From positions 320,001 to 384,000 of the forward strand of contig OY970166.1 in NCBI GenBank assembly GCA_963706595.1: DNA of 64,000 nt, written 5' to 3'. This DNA comes from an uncultured cyanobacterium. Its GTDB lineage: Bacteria > Cyanobacteriota > Cyanobacteriia > Cyanobacteriales > Nostocaceae. The notes below the pieces were generated by a model. It saw only the letters and a program-made list of their open reading frames with translations. It was not told where the DNA came from and did not search any database. Position numbers and translations under genes: made by a program. This document shows, one piece after another, positions 63,199 through 64,000 of this stretch. Position 1 is the stretch's first letter; each line of letters opens with the position of its first letter.

Positions 63199-64000
63199 TT
63201 ATTCACCCCAACGATGCCATTGGCGAAAATTAGATCCAGCACTTACTGCCAAACCAATCTGATGCTGTGATGATAGTTCATCGTGACCGCCTTCGTTAGC
63301 GCCAATGTAATACATTCGGAAACTACCATCATCCATTGGCACTACACAAGGCGTACCGACTGCCCGTGCATCCCAATAACCAGAACCTTTTTCAGCATGG
63401 GAAAAGACGGGGACATCTGTATCTTTTTGCCAATGAATACCATCCTCAGAAATGGCTAAACCAATGGAGTGATAACCACTGTTATTCACACCTTCATAAA
63501 ACATTAAATATTGTCCTTTGATTTTTAAGACATGGCGAGTACCAATACCTCTCTCATCAAAACTCCCAGACTCGCCCGCCCCTAAAATCTGACCAACTTT
63601 TTCCCAACGCAAACCATCGGTTGATACTGCTAAACCGACTAAAAAACCTTTTTCTGGGTTGAGGGTGTGGTAGTATAATTTCCAAGTTCCATCATCATCG
63701 TGCAATACTTGCGGCCAAGCACAGAATAGGGCATCAAATTCACCATCTTTCCCTACATCGAGAATTGCCCCTTGGTAAGCACCTTCCAGCCGCACCCAAT
63801 TTATGCCATCACGGGAAATAGCACAGCCAGGGCGCATCTGTAAACCTTTAGCTGAAAATTTACCGATATCGACAACGGTGTGGTTCCCGCCAAAGTACCA
63901 CATCCAATAAAGACCGTCGTGAAAGTTGACGTTACTGACACCAACATGGGCAGAATCAAAGCGGTGAGTATCCGGGTGAGGTTCCAACACAGAACCCATT
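63199..64000 (-). CDS. Five-bladed beta-propeller glycosidase-like protein (GH32/43/130-like), 5' truncated
   Basis: Repeated FD...P.V....W.MYY.G...IGLA.S.DG..W blades. Confidence 0.75.
   Translation of the reverse strand, partial: MGSVLEPHPDTHRFDSAHVGVSNVNFHDGLYWMWYFGGNHTVVDIGKFSAKGLQMRPGCAISRDGINWVRLEGAYQGAILDVGKDGEFDALFCAWPQVLHDDDGTWKLYYHTLNPEKGFLVGLAVSTDGLRWEKVGQILGAGESGSFDERGIGTRHVLKIKGQYLMFYEGVNNSGYHSIGLAISEDGIHWQKDTDVPVFSHAEKGSGYWDARAVGTPCVVPMDDGSFRMYYIGANEGGHDELSSQHQIGLAVSAGSNFRQWHRWGE

Noticed and set aside
1..64000. Frequent GCGATCGC octamers; search for tRNA and rRNA genes
   Set aside because: HIP1 is a normal cyanobacterial feature; no tRNA cloverleaf or rRNA sequence was recognised

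Overview
A 64-kb chromosomal segment from a heterocyst-forming (Nostocales-type) cyanobacterium, judged from abundant HIP1 GCGATCGC octamers, heptameric STRR tracts and gene content. The backbone is housekeeping: three terminal oxidases (aa3-type coxBAC, cydAB, and a CuA-less ARTO/cox3-type operon behind two DUF2231 genes), ald, cobQ, zds/crtQ, iscA, Cu-ATPase, pyrF, tyrS, class A PBP, folD-crtE, ycf54 and pdxJ. On top of it is a dense mobilome. (i) Three protein-free IS200/IS605-type mini-elements in two families, each keeping both ends, a -10 box and an omegaRNA-like structured RNA. (ii) An IS607 element whose TnpB has the rearranged, Fanzor-like RuvC. (iii) A REP-associated tyrosine transposase whose palindromes also bracket a CHAT-STAND-TPR (caspase-like NLR) gene. 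(iv) An orphan 3-repeat CRISPR array with no cas genes. (v) An ISAzo13 nested in a MITE. (vi) Several small repeats inserted in frame into proteins. There are two intact toxin-antitoxin pairs and one decayed pair. Several single-base frameshifts in core genes may be sequencing errors. No rRNA or tRNA genes were seen. All calls are by eye from motifs; no database search was run.
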